Shown here one piece after another: positions 20,102-29,653 of a stretch of DNA of 64,000 nucleotides. The stretch is from an uncultured Gemmatimonadaceae bacterium. GTDB taxonomy: Bacteria; Gemmatimonadota; Gemmatimonadetes; Gemmatimonadales; Gemmatimonadaceae. The notes under the pieces were generated by a model, which made no database searches, was not told the DNA's origin, and saw only the letters and a list, made by a program, of their open reading frames with translations. Numbering within the stretch: position 1 is the first letter of the stretch; every line of letters starts with the position of its first letter. The stretch is taken from positions 704,001-768,000 of the forward strand of contig CAVXGK010000001.1 of NCBI GenBank assembly GCA_963761305.1, given 5' to 3'. A program made the position numbers and the translations under genes.

Positions 20102-21186
20102 TCGGCACCTCCCAACGCCGCGCGAACCTTGTTGCGCACGGTTCGTCCGACGAGTTGGCCGAGGGCCGCAGGGGGCACGCGCCAGATGCGCATCAGGGCG
20201 TAGGGATACACCGCGCGTCGTTGGTCGCGCCACGTTCGCTGGATCTCGCGCTCGTACTCGTCGGCCGAGAGGGCGCGAATTTGTTCGGCGCGGACGAGAC
20301 CTTCCTCGTGGGCGGAAACCGCAGGCTGATAATTCGTATCCAGGCGCGTGCTGCGAACGGTGGCTGCGACGACGGCGCCATCCGAGATCTCGGCGCACAA
20401 CAAGAGACCCCGGCGAAACGGCTCGTACCACACCATGTCGCCGACGCAGTTGCCGAGGCTGTACGCGATCACGCCGTCTCGATAGCGCTCCACGGGTCGA
20501 GCGACGTGCGGATGATGTCCGAGCACGAGCGTTGCGCCGGCGTCGATCACCGATCGCGCAAACGTCGTCTCGTCGACGGATGGAACGGGGACGAACTCCT
20601 CGCCCCAATGCAGCGACACGATCACCACGTCCGCGTCGCGCCGCAGTCTCGAAACGTCGGCGCGAATCTCGTCCGGCGATCCTTCCGCATACGGAGGTTC
20701 GTCCGCGCTGTACTGTCGCGGTCTCAGGCAATACGCGAGAATGCCGACGTGCACTCCTTTGACGACCAGAGTCGCGGGCTCGCTGGCCCACGGCCGCGTG
20801 CCGCGGAGGCCGCACGGCGTGATGCCGGCCGCGCGCAACGACGCGACCGAGGCATCAAACGCGTCGACGCCGTGTTGGGATGCGTGATTGTTGGCGACGT
20901 TCAGGACCGAGAATCCCGCCGCGCGCAGCATCTGCGCAAACCGCGGATCTCCGCGCAGTTGTCGCGACGCCCAACTCGAGGTCGCCGAACTACGCGACGA
21001 GAGCGGCACTTCGAGATTCCCGAAGACGACGTCGCCCTGTTGCAGCGACGGTCGAAGTCCGGCGAGCACGCCATCGAGATCGGAGCCGGAATAGCGACTC
21101 CCAAACCCGAATCCGACCGATGTCGGAGAGTCCCCGAGCTGCAGATCGCCGGCGGCGACGACGCTAAGCGATGTGGCCAGACTCAT
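20098..21186 (-). CDS. CapA/PGA_cap family metallophosphoesterase-like protein
   Basis: AAGDLQLG, FGNLEVP, VANNH, VSLHWGEE, LGHHPHV, YSLGN. Confidence 0.88.
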   Translation of the reverse strand: MSLATSLSVVAAGDLQLGDSPTSVGFGFGSRYSGSDLDGVLAGLRPSLQQGDVVFGNLEVPLSSRSSATSSWASRQLRGDPRFAQMLRAAGFSVLNVANNHASQHGVDAFDASVASLRAAGITPCGLRGTRPWASEPATLVVKGVHVGILAYCLRPRQYSADEPPYAEGSPDEIRADVSRLRRDADVVIVSLHWGEEFVPVPSVDETTFARSVIDAGATLVLGHHPHVARPVERYRDGVIAYSLGNCVGDMVWYEPFRRGLLLCAEISDGAVVAATVRSTRLDTNYQPAVSAHEEGLVRAEQIRALSADEYEREIQRTWRDQRRAVYPYALMRIWRVPPAALGQLVGRTVRNKVRAALGGAE

Positions 21187-21213
21187 CGGACGAGTGCCCC
21201 CCAAAGGCACGTC

Positions 21214-23072
21214 TCACTGGCGTATTGACCCACCAAGGTAATGCTCGGCCCATACGAACACATTACCCAAGAGCCAAAGCGCTTCCCCGCGATCGCGGGT
21301 CCCCCGAACGTGTTCGTCGACCACTCGCTGGAGCGTGGGCCGGTCGAACAGATCCGCGGCCGGGTGGTCCGGATCGCGGAGTTTCGTGAGGAGCGGAGCG
21401 AAGACAGGGGAACGGAACCAAGCGTCGAGCGGAATGCCGAACCCCGACTTCGCACCGCGCGTGATGGCCGGACTGAGATATCGCTCCGCCACCCGCTTTA
21501 CGACTCGTTTGTTTTCTCGGCCCGAGAGCTTGTACCGCCCTGCGACACTCACGCCCCACTCGACGAGCGGGATGTCGAGGAACGGAACGCGGCCCTCGAG
21601 GCTCGTCGCCATCGACATTCGGTCGATGCGGTCAAGCGCGCAGCACAGGTAAGTCAGCAACTCGTATCGAGACAACGTGGCCACGGGTCCGGCGTCCGAT
21701 CGCGCCAGCTCGAGCAGGGAGCGACGCTCGTCGAACGCGGCCCCGATGGGGTTGGCTGAAAGGCGCGCGGCGAGATCCGGGCTCACATACGCGGAGTTGA
21801 GCAGGATCGCGTCATCCAGCCCCTGGCGGAGACTGCTCGCCAGCTTTGCCGGACGGTGCCCGGGCCCGGCCGCGATGGCTCCGGCGAGCGCGGTGCGAAT
21901 CACGCCGGGGAGTGGCTCGGCGACACCGCGCCAGCGCGCGATGTGGTAGCGCGGATAGCCGCAAAACAATTCGTCGGCGCCTTCGCCTGTGAGTATGACC
22001 GTCACGTACTGGCGCGCGAATCGACTCAACTGGTACAGGGGAATCGAGTTCGGATGGCTCAACGGTTCGTCATGATGGCGTACAAGGAAAGGCAACAGCC
22101 CCAGGAACTCGCTCGGTTCGGCGAACGACAGTATGATGGTCGGATTTGATGCGCGCTGCCGTGTCGGCCGCAGGCCCACGCTCGTCCCATGCCGGATCGT
22201 CGAATCCGACGGCGAAGGTCTGAAGCGTGTGTCGCGAGGCAGATGCCGCGTACGCGCTCACGAGCCCGGAGTCGACACCGCCGCTACAAAACGTGCCGAG
22301 CGGCACGTCGCTCATGAGCTGAGACTCGACCGCGCCACGAAGCAGGGGGTCGAGCGCCTCGGCCGCCTCGTCCAGGGATCCCGTCGACTGTTCGTCGGCT
22401 GGCGGGGCCCAATAGCGGGTGGGTGTGACGCGTCCGTGTTCGAAGACGGCGGTATGCGCTGGTGCGAGTCGCCGTATGCCGTCGAAGAACGTATTCGTTC
22501 CGGCGACATATCTGAAACACGAGGTATTCCTGCAGGCTCTCGCGACGCACACCGACGGGCACGCCGGCCGCGAGAATGGCCTTGATCTCGGAACCGAAAT
22601 ACAGCGTCCCGTCGCGAACGCAATAGAACAGCGGCTTGATGCCGAGGTGATCGCGCGCGAGCAGAACGCGGCCCCGCCGCACGTCGTGAAGCGCGAACGC
22701 GAACATCCCGTTGAAGCGACGGCACGAAGCCGTCACCCCACTCCTCGTAGGCGTGAACGAGGACCTCGGTGTCGCAGTGGGTCCGAAAGCAATGGCCCCG
22801 GGCTGACGAGATCGTCGTTGATCCGCGGGAAGTTATAGATCTCCCCGTTGTAGGTGACCCAGACCGTTCCGTCCTCGTTCGACAGCGGCTGCGCTCCACC
22901 GGCGAGGTCGATGATGCTCAGTCGCCGATGCGCGAGCGCGACGCCGCCCTCGACGTGCAGCCCCTCACCGTCGGGACCGCGATGTTCGAATGGCGTCTCG
23001 CATTCGGCGCACGATCGCGAGATCGATCGGCCGCGCCGAGTCGGAATGTGCCAGGCCGCAGATGCCGCACAT
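21214..23072 (-). pseudogene. asnB: second AsnB-like amidotransferase, about 5 frameshifts in the 5' half (pseudogene or sequencing error)
   Basis: MCGICG start at 23072. HRGPDG, HRRLSIID, YNGEIYN, FNGMFAFAL, RDHLGIKPL, SGGVDS, TGEGADELFCGY, DRMSMATSLEGRVPFLD are spread over different frames (shifts near 22987, 22802, 22722, 22515, 22128). Confidence 0.85.
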
Positions 23073-23115
23073 TAGCGGGCCTGCTTCTGGCCGTCGGCCG
23101 AGAAGGTCGTTCGTC

Positions 23116-24486
23116 TCATGACGTCGTCTCGTTGACGACCATGCGGAGCTTCCCGCGCTGCGTGCGGGGCATTGCGGTCACGCGCACGACGTCGACGCGC
23201 ATCGTCGGACCGAGCCGGTTGCCGAGCTCCCGGAGAAGGGTCGCGCGTTCGACGTCGGAGACTTCGCTCTCGGCGACATACTCGAGCCGCACGTGGTCGG
23301 CCGCGTCCTGGACGATGCGAGATTCCTGAAACGACGACACCGCTTTGAAGATCGGATCGAGTCGCCCGACTCGCCGGCCATCGGGCGTGATCACCACGTC
23401 GTCGGAGCGACCGACCAGAGTCGCGATGATGGGATAGGCGCGGCCGCATGCGCATCCCTCGTCGCCGAGGACCGCGAGATCTCCCGTTCGGTAGCGGATC
23501 AGCGGCATCACCGGATTGATGAAGCCGGTCGCCGTGATCTCCCCGATCTCGCCAGCGGCCGCCGGCGCGCCGTCGCGAAGCACCTCGACGATGCCGAACT
23601 CCGAGTTGACGTGATACGACCCGCGTTCGCATTGGGAAATGAACGCCGCCATCTCACCTCCTCCGTAGTGGTCGAACACGGGCGCACGAAACGCTTCCAC
23701 GAAGAGTCGACGCACCTCGACGGACAGGGTCTCGGACGACGTGATGACGGCGACGGGGCGAATGCTATCGATCCCGTGAGCGACGACGTGGCGCGCGATT
23801 GGTTCGAGGCTCGACGGGTAGCTGTCGATCAGGGCAGGTTTCCACCGCGACAGGTGCGCAACGTAGTCGGGAATCGTCGCGGCGCCGATGTGATAGGAGG
23901 AATACAAGACGGCGTTGCCGGCGGCGTTGTGCCGCCAGTAGGGCGGCCGCGTTTGATTCGGCCGCACGATCGTGCGTCCGGCGAAGGTCGCGACGCGCGC
24001 GCCGTCGGCCACCCCGGCCCATTCTCGCAAGCGCGCGAAAAAAGCGTAGTTGCGTTGGAGCGTCGGTCGATCGCAATAGACCGTGAGCGGCGTGCCGGTG
24101 GTACCTCCCGTGTGAACCTCGAGCAGCTTTCCTTTCCTGGACGTGTCGGACACAAAATCGGCGAGATGCCGCCGTACCTCGTCCTTGCTCACGGTGGGAA
24201 GTTCGCGGAGCTGCTCCAGATAACGCAGCGCCGATTTTCCCCCCGCGCGGAGCGGTTTGTACCACGGCACTGCCTCGGCGGCCGACTCGAGGGCCGCGTT
24301 GGCTCGGCCGAGCTGTAGTCTTTGAAGATCCGGCGCGGGCAGCCACTGCGTCTGTCGGAGCTCCGCCAGGGCAGCCTGGTGGACTCCCCCGTAACGCCGA
24401 CCACGCAGGGACAGTCCGTAGGCCGACAGGAGCGCGTTCTGCATCCAGACCGGAAGCCCAAAGTAGACTTGAGTCTGGAAACTCAC
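23116..24486 (-). CDS. phenylacetate-CoA ligase / CapK-like adenylate-forming enzyme
   Basis: HTGGTTGTP, YPSS, DHYGGGE, MPLIRYRTGD, GRSDD, RGKLR. Confidence 0.88.
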   Translation of the reverse strand: MSFQTQVYFGLPVWMQNALLSAYGLSLRGRRYGGVHQAALAELRQTQWLPAPDLQRLQLGRANAALESAAEAVPWYKPLRAGGKSALRYLEQLRELPTVSKDEVRRHLADFVSDTSRKGKLLEVHTGGTTGTPLTVYCDRPTLQRNYAFFARLREWAGVADGARVATFAGRTIVRPNQTRPPYWRHNAAGNAVLYSSYHIGAATIPDYVAHLSRWKPALIDSYPSSLEPIARHVVAHGIDSIRPVAVITSSETLSVEVRRLFVEAFRAPVFDHYGGGEMAAFISQCERGSYHVNSEFGIVEVLRDGAPAAAGEIGEITATGFINPVMPLIRYRTGDLAVLGDEGCACGRAYPIIATLVGRSDDVVITPDGRRVGRLDPIFKAVSSFQESRIVQDAADHVRLEYVAESEVSDVERATLLRELGNRLGPTMRVDVVRVTAMPRTQRGKLRMVVNETTS

Positions 24487-24663
24487 GGGCTCTTCCTAAC
24501 CGGGCAGGCAATGCGGCGCGGAGAAATCAAGGATGACCAACTCGACGGGTGGGAGGCGGCGCGGAGGGTGCTTGAGTTGACGAAAATGAATAAGCCCAGA
24601 AACGGGATTGTGCAGACCGGCGACGCTCTAAATCTCTCATTTTGCGCCTGATGCGCGCGACGA

Positions 24664-25926
24664 ATGAATCGTTACGACGGTCTTGTGGCCTCGGGCGTTA
24701 GCGAGGCGGTGGCGAATGAGAGGCCGCGCGTCCTGTATGTGTATCAGGGGGACTGGCCGCGCAACGCCACCCGGGTCCGGAAACAGACGCAGGCTTTGGC
24801 CAGCGCCGGTTATCACGTGCGCCTGTTGGCCGGCAATCCCCGCGCCAAGCCGCGACGAGAAGACGTTGGTTGGATGGAGGTTACAAGGCTTCCATCGTTT
24901 GGAAGCGGGCGAACCGGCAAGATGTTGGGGTTCCCCATATTTGCCAATCCCTTTTGGATCTGGCACATCTGGCGCGCCGCCAGACGATTTCAGCCGGACT
25001 GCATGATCGTGCGCGACCTTCCTCTGGCGCCGGCGGTCCTGAAGCTCGGCGAAGTGCTCGGCATCCCGGTCCACTACGAGATGGCGGACGTGTACCCGAT
25101 CGCCCTGCGGGCGAACCGCGCCGATCACCCCGGGCTGGCATCTCGACTGGCTCGGAACGCGACGGTCGCCGAGGCGCTGGACCGGAAGGTGATCCGACGC
25201 GCCGCGTCGGTCTTCGTCGTCTCCGAGGAATCGCGGGAACGTTGCCTGTCCCTCGGGGCGTCGCCCGCCGCCGTGTCCGTAGTGGGCAACACGCCGGCTC
25301 GGCCGACCGACCTGTCGACCGTCCCGCCGGTCCCCGATGACCTGAAAGGCTGGGAGGATCGGGTTGTGGTTCTGTTCCTCGGCAATCTCCTGGCGGACCG
25401 TGGGCTCGCCGTCGCGATCGATGCCATGGCGAGCGCGGTGCGGTCGAGCCCGCGTCTTGCACTCGCGATCGTCGGTGATGGACCCGAGGAGCGCGTGCTC
25501 GCCGAGCGAATCAAGGCACGCGATCTCAGCGACACCGTTCGCATGCTCGGTTGGAAGAGCCACGAGCATCACGAGGCGTACTACCGACACGCGTCGATTG
25601 GTCTGCTTCCATTCCTCAGGACTGAGCACATCGAAATCACGTTGCCGAACAAACTGTTCGACTACATGGGTGCCGCGCTCCCGGTGATCGCGACGGACGT
25701 GGCGCCGTTGCGACGGATCATCGACGAGACCGGCGCCGGCGTCCTCGTGCCCCCCGGCGACGCGGCGGCGCTGGCCGACGCGCTCGTAGGATTGGCCGCC
25801 GATCCCACGCGGCGCGGTGCGCTTGGCGCCGCGGGGCGCGCGGCGATCGAGAGCACCTACTCGTGGGACCGCGATCGTGCTCGAATGCTGCAGCAGATCC
25901 GGCGATCGCTCGGAGCCTGTCGATGA
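24664..25926 (+). CDS. GT4 glycosyltransferase (paralog of 7852..9135; start may be GTG 24709)
   Basis: YVYQGDWP, VRDLPLA, TLPNKLFDYMGAALPVIATD. Confidence 0.88.
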   Translation: MNRYDGLVASGVSEAVANERPRVLYVYQGDWPRNATRVRKQTQALASAGYHVRLLAGNPRAKPRREDVGWMEVTRLPSFGSGRTGKMLGFPIFANPFWIWHIWRAARRFQPDCMIVRDLPLAPAVLKLGEVLGIPVHYEMADVYPIALRANRADHPGLASRLARNATVAEALDRKVIRRAASVFVVSEESRERCLSLGASPAAVSVVGNTPARPTDLSTVPPVPDDLKGWEDRVVVLFLGNLLADRGLAVAIDAMASAVRSSPRLALAIVGDGPEERVLAERIKARDLSDTVRMLGWKSHEHHEAYYRHASIGLLPFLRTEHIEITLPNKLFDYMGAALPVIATDVAPLRRIIDETGAGVLVPPGDAAALADALVGLAADPTRRGALGAAGRAAIESTYSWDRDRARMLQQIRRSLGACR

Positions 25927-26726
25927 GCGGCCTCCAGAACGCCATGCCGTCGCGCGGGTTTCGCGTCGCGGTGCTCACGTGCGGCGATCTCGGAGTCGAA
26001 GTCGCGAACACGCTGCTTCACCTGGACGGCATCGAATCGGTCGCGGTGCTCAAGTCGCCGTGGCTTCGACGGCCGCTGACGCTGCGCCAGAAATTCCGAC
26101 ACGTCGTTCGCACGCAGGGACTCGGCGGGCTAGTCCACGTTGCGCGCGCGCGCGTGATTCCCGACCCCGCGCCATCGCACCCCGCGGCACGACCCGATCC
26201 ACGGGTCATGCTCGTCGAGGTCGACGACTTCCACTCGATCGCCGCCCGCGAGGCGTTGCGTCTGTTTCGATCCGACCTCGGCGTGGTGGCCGGTACCTAC
26301 ATCTTGCGCGACGGGGTGTACGACATCCCTCGTTGTGGTTCCATTAATCTGCACTCGGGCAAGGCGCCGCAATACCGCGGCGCGGCGCCGGCATTCTGGG
26401 AGTTGTACAACGGCGAGTCCGAGGTTGGAATCACCATTCATCGCGTGGCGGCGGCGCTCGACGCAGGGGACATGTTCAAACAAGAGACGTTCACGCTGAA
26501 TTCCGCTCCGGAAGGCGATCCGCTCGTGTACATCGATCGATACCGCCGCGAGGTGTTGCGGCCGAACGGGGTGCGGATGCTCGCCGACGTCGTGCGCGAG
26601 ATTGCCGCGGGAACCGCGGTCGCCACGCAGCAGGATCAGGATGCCGCAACCACGTATCGCGCACCGGACCACAAGGCGATCCTCGAGCTTCGATCGCGCG
26701 TCCGCCACCGCAGAGGCGCGGCGTGA
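25923..26726 (+). CDS. formyltransferase family protein (probable sugar N-formyltransferase)
   Basis: INLHSGKAPQYRGAAP, GITIHRV, LDAGD; ATGA overlap with the GT4 stop. Confidence 0.82.
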   Translation: MSGLQNAMPSRGFRVAVLTCGDLGVEVANTLLHLDGIESVAVLKSPWLRRPLTLRQKFRHVVRTQGLGGLVHVARARVIPDPAPSHPAARPDPRVMLVEVDDFHSIAAREALRLFRSDLGVVAGTYILRDGVYDIPRCGSINLHSGKAPQYRGAAPAFWELYNGESEVGITIHRVAAALDAGDMFKQETFTLNSAPEGDPLVYIDRYRREVLRPNGVRMLADVVREIAAGTAVATQQDQDAATTYRAPDHKAILELRSRVRHRRGAA

Positions 26727-27499
26727 GTCGTCACATCAAGGCCGTGCTGGGGTTCATCGTTTTCGGGCTCGGACTCCACCGCGTTCTGTTTCGCGGAAAA
26801 GCCGTGATCGTGCTGTTTCACCGCGTCGACGATCGCTACGCGTCGGATGCCATCAGCTGTTCGGTCGACAAGTTCGACCAGTTCTGCACGTTCTTTCGCC
26901 GGTATTTCGAGGTCGTGCCACTCACGGTCCTGGTCGACAAGGTCCGCCGCGGCGAGGATGTCAGCCGACACCTCGTGGTGACCTTCGACGACGGCTATCG
27001 CGACAACCACGTGGTGGCCGCGCCGCGACTCAAGCGCGACGCACTCCCGGCGTGCTTCTTCATCGCCACCGACTTCATCGAAAGCGACCGGGTCCCCTGG
27101 TGGGACCGCGACGCGGGAATCGAGTCGGAGTGGATGAGTTGGGAGCAGGTCCGCGATCTCTCGGCCCAGGGGTTCGAGCTCGGCGCCCACACGTGCAATC
27201 ATGTCGATCTCGGGGTCGTCACGGGCGACGAGGCGCGGCACGAGATCGCGGACTCGGGCGAGCGGCTGACGACCGAAACGGGAAGTCGCGTGAGCCTGTT
27301 CAGCTATCCGTACGGCCGCCAGCATCAGATCACGGAAGCGAATCGACAGACGGTGCGCGACGCGGGATACGCGTGTTGTCTCTCGGCGTACGGCGGAAAC
27401 GTCACGCCAGAGTCGAGCCCGTACGAGCTACGCCGAATCCCGGTGTCGCAGTGGCACCTGAACGCGTATCAGTTCGGGTTCGAGGCGATGACGGCCTGA
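26723..27499 (+). CDS. polysaccharide deacetylase (NodB/CE4)
   Basis: LFHRV, VTFDDGY, GAHTCNH, FSYPYG. Confidence 0.88.
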   Translation: MSRHIKAVLGFIVFGLGLHRVLFRGKAVIVLFHRVDDRYASDAISCSVDKFDQFCTFFRRYFEVVPLTVLVDKVRRGEDVSRHLVVTFDDGYRDNHVVAAPRLKRDALPACFFIATDFIESDRVPWWDRDAGIESEWMSWEQVRDLSAQGFELGAHTCNHVDLGVVTGDEARHEIADSGERLTTETGSRVSLFSYPYGRQHQITEANRQTVRDAGYACCLSAYGGNVTPESSPYELRRIPVSQWHLNAYQFGFEAMTA

Positions 27500-27519
27500 C
27501 GCGGGTTTCGACGCCAAGC

Positions 27520-28695
27520 TTAGATGCCTAGCGAGCCAACCACGCGGACGAGGTTTTCGATTTGGTGGTCTCGCGTGAGCTGCGTTTCGATGCGCCGGCG
27601 CGCCGCCTGTCCCATGGCGTCGCGACGGGCGGGGTCGTCGACCAGATCGGTGATCGCCGTCCCGAGCCGAATCGAATCACCGGCCGGCACGACGATGCCG
27701 GTTGCCCCGTTCTCGATCGTCTCGGGCACTCCCTGGAGATCGCTCACGACGACTGGCAGACCCACGCCTGCATTTCCAGCGACGACATGGGGAACGAGTC
27801 CCATCCGCTCGACGGAATGCAACCGAGATAGCAGCCAGCCAGGAGCGCGGGGACGTCTGCGTGGTATCCACCGAAGGTGACGTGCCCGTTCGCCTCCGCC
27901 GCGAGATCGCGGAATCGCTCCGATTGGCCCTCTTCCTGGCCGAGAAACAAGAAATGAACGTCCGCCCGGGCCGTATCGCGCACGACGTGTCGGGCGGCTC
28001 GCATCAGCACATGAACGCCTTTGCGTTCGTCGAGATGGCCCATGTACACGACGATTCGGCGGTCTCTTGGAATGTCGAATCGCGAATACACAGCGTCGCG
28101 TGGACCCGCCGCAGGCCGAAACGCCCGCGGATCGACGCCGGTATGGACGATCGTCGTCGATGCACGAGCGAGACCGCGGCCACGGACCCCCAGGGCCTGC
28201 ATCGCTTTCGATTCGAAAATGAACAGACTCTGGTTTCGAGGGCCGCAGCAGCGCGACCTCGAGGGGCTTGAGAGCCAACTTTGGCCCGCGGTTGATCGAG
28301 CTCATTCGGCGCGCGGAATAGCTGATCACGCGTCCAACACCGGCTTGCCGGACCGCGGGCAAGAATGGCGCCTCGGCGTGCAGGTCGAGAGCGAAGACCG
28401 TAGCAATGCCGGAGGCGCGAACGTACGCGGCGAGACGCTCGACGTCGGCCGGCGTGGGATTCACCGAATCGAACTCCACGAATCGATCGAAATCCGGCGG
28501 CAGCGCTGGAGAGCGGCCGTCACGCACCTTGGTAAAGGCGAAGTGCACGCGCGTCGGATCGCCGGTCAGTCGGACGGCCATCTCGTAGAAGACGCCGATC
28601 AATCGGTGGATGGCAAAGCCGATGTTGATCCCGAACGGGATGACGATCAGCACAGGCCGATTCGACGCGTGACCCACCAGCGAGGCGGAGTTCAC
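27520..28695 (-). pseudogene. GT4 glycosyltransferase, frameshifted
   Basis: IVHTGVD, YMGHLDERKG, DSFPMSSLEM in one frame (27744..28202); N-terminus and GLPVVVSDLQGVPETIENG in another. Confidence 0.75.
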
Positions 28696-29653
28696 GCTCG
28701 CGGCGGCCCGCCATCGCGGCGAAGAAGATAGATCGGCGTGAGAGCGAGGTGCTTGACGAGGGATCCCCACCGAGGCCCTCGTGCCGCGGCGGCCGCGTAG
28801 TGGTCGAGCGCTTCGCGAACGCGCCCTTCGAGCGCGGCTTGGCGTCCCAGGCGGATCAGGCTTCGCGACAGCCGGGCGTTCAGCGCGTGTCGTTGCGACG
28901 GTGTGAGGGACACTCGTCGAGCAGTCGGAGCGCTTCATACATCGCTCCCGGAATCGCCTGCACATTGGAAGTCGCGTTCTTTCCGTGCCGCCGGACGTGG
29001 ACAAGCGGTTCGGCAATGAATGCCACGTCGGCCGCGCGGTACGCGGAGAACGAGTACGGAAGATCCTCGCACAATGAGAGGCGCACGTCGAAGCGCAGCG
29101 GCGCGACCAGACTCGTTCGAAAGCTGACCGCCGGGAGCCATGACGAGCATCTCCAAATCGATCAACGCCGAGAATGCATCGCCGGTGATCACCCTCCCGC
29201 CCGACGTGCCAGCCGGGCGCGTGCGAACGGTCGCCAGCTCGGGATAGAACGTGAACTGATCGTGCGGGAAGAAACGATTCTGATCGAACCGCACAAAATT
29301 GAAAAACAGGGCGCCGACGGTCGGCTCGCTTTCGAACAACGCGACCTCGGTCTTCACCTTGTCGGCGGCCCACCGATCGTCGGCGTCCAGGAAGCACAGC
29401 ACATCGCCGGTCACATGCTCGAGGGCGAGATTGCAGCGCGGGAAACGCCCCCATGGCCGGCGTCCAGGGTTCGCACGCGGCGGTCCTTGATGCGCCCAAG
29501 CCGCTGCGCCGTGTCGTCCGTCGATCCGTCGTCGACGACGAGGATCTCGTGGATGGGATGGCTCTGTTCGAGCGCGCTCCCGATCGCCTCCTCGATGAAA
29601 TGGCCCATGTTGTACGAGGCCATCACCACGCTCACCTTTGTCGACGTTGTCAT
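28692..29653 (-). pseudogene. GT2 glycosyltransferase, frameshifted
   Basis: KVSVVMASYNM, VVDDGSTD (29411..29653); CFLDADD (28935..29414); CED...RRHGKN (28880..29086); C-terminus 28692..28913. Confidence 0.78.

Noticed and set aside
18152..20203. Long antisense/shadow ORFs (e.g. 18152..20203+, 9108..10817+, 59606..61732-, 62461..63924-)
   Set aside because: They lie opposite well-supported genes, show no motifs, and are expected in high-GC DNA.
20102..20815. N-terminal 238-aa extension of the NRPS in the ORF track (16061..20815)
   Set aside because: It overlaps the CapA gene in another frame and is Arg-rich nonsense. The paralog alignment and GTGA coupling put the start at 20101.
20098..21186. 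Poly-gamma-glutamate capsule operon
   Set aside because: Only CapA is present; no CapB (Mur-ligase) or CapC.
21214..23072. Programmed ribosomal frameshifting or phase variation in asnB-2
   Set aside because: Too many shifts, and none sits at a long homopolymer or slippery heptamer.
27520..29499. Single 659-aa ORF as a GT2-GT4 fusion
   Set aside because: It is a chimera of frameshifted pieces; only parts are GT4 sequence, and the GT2 motifs lie in other frames.
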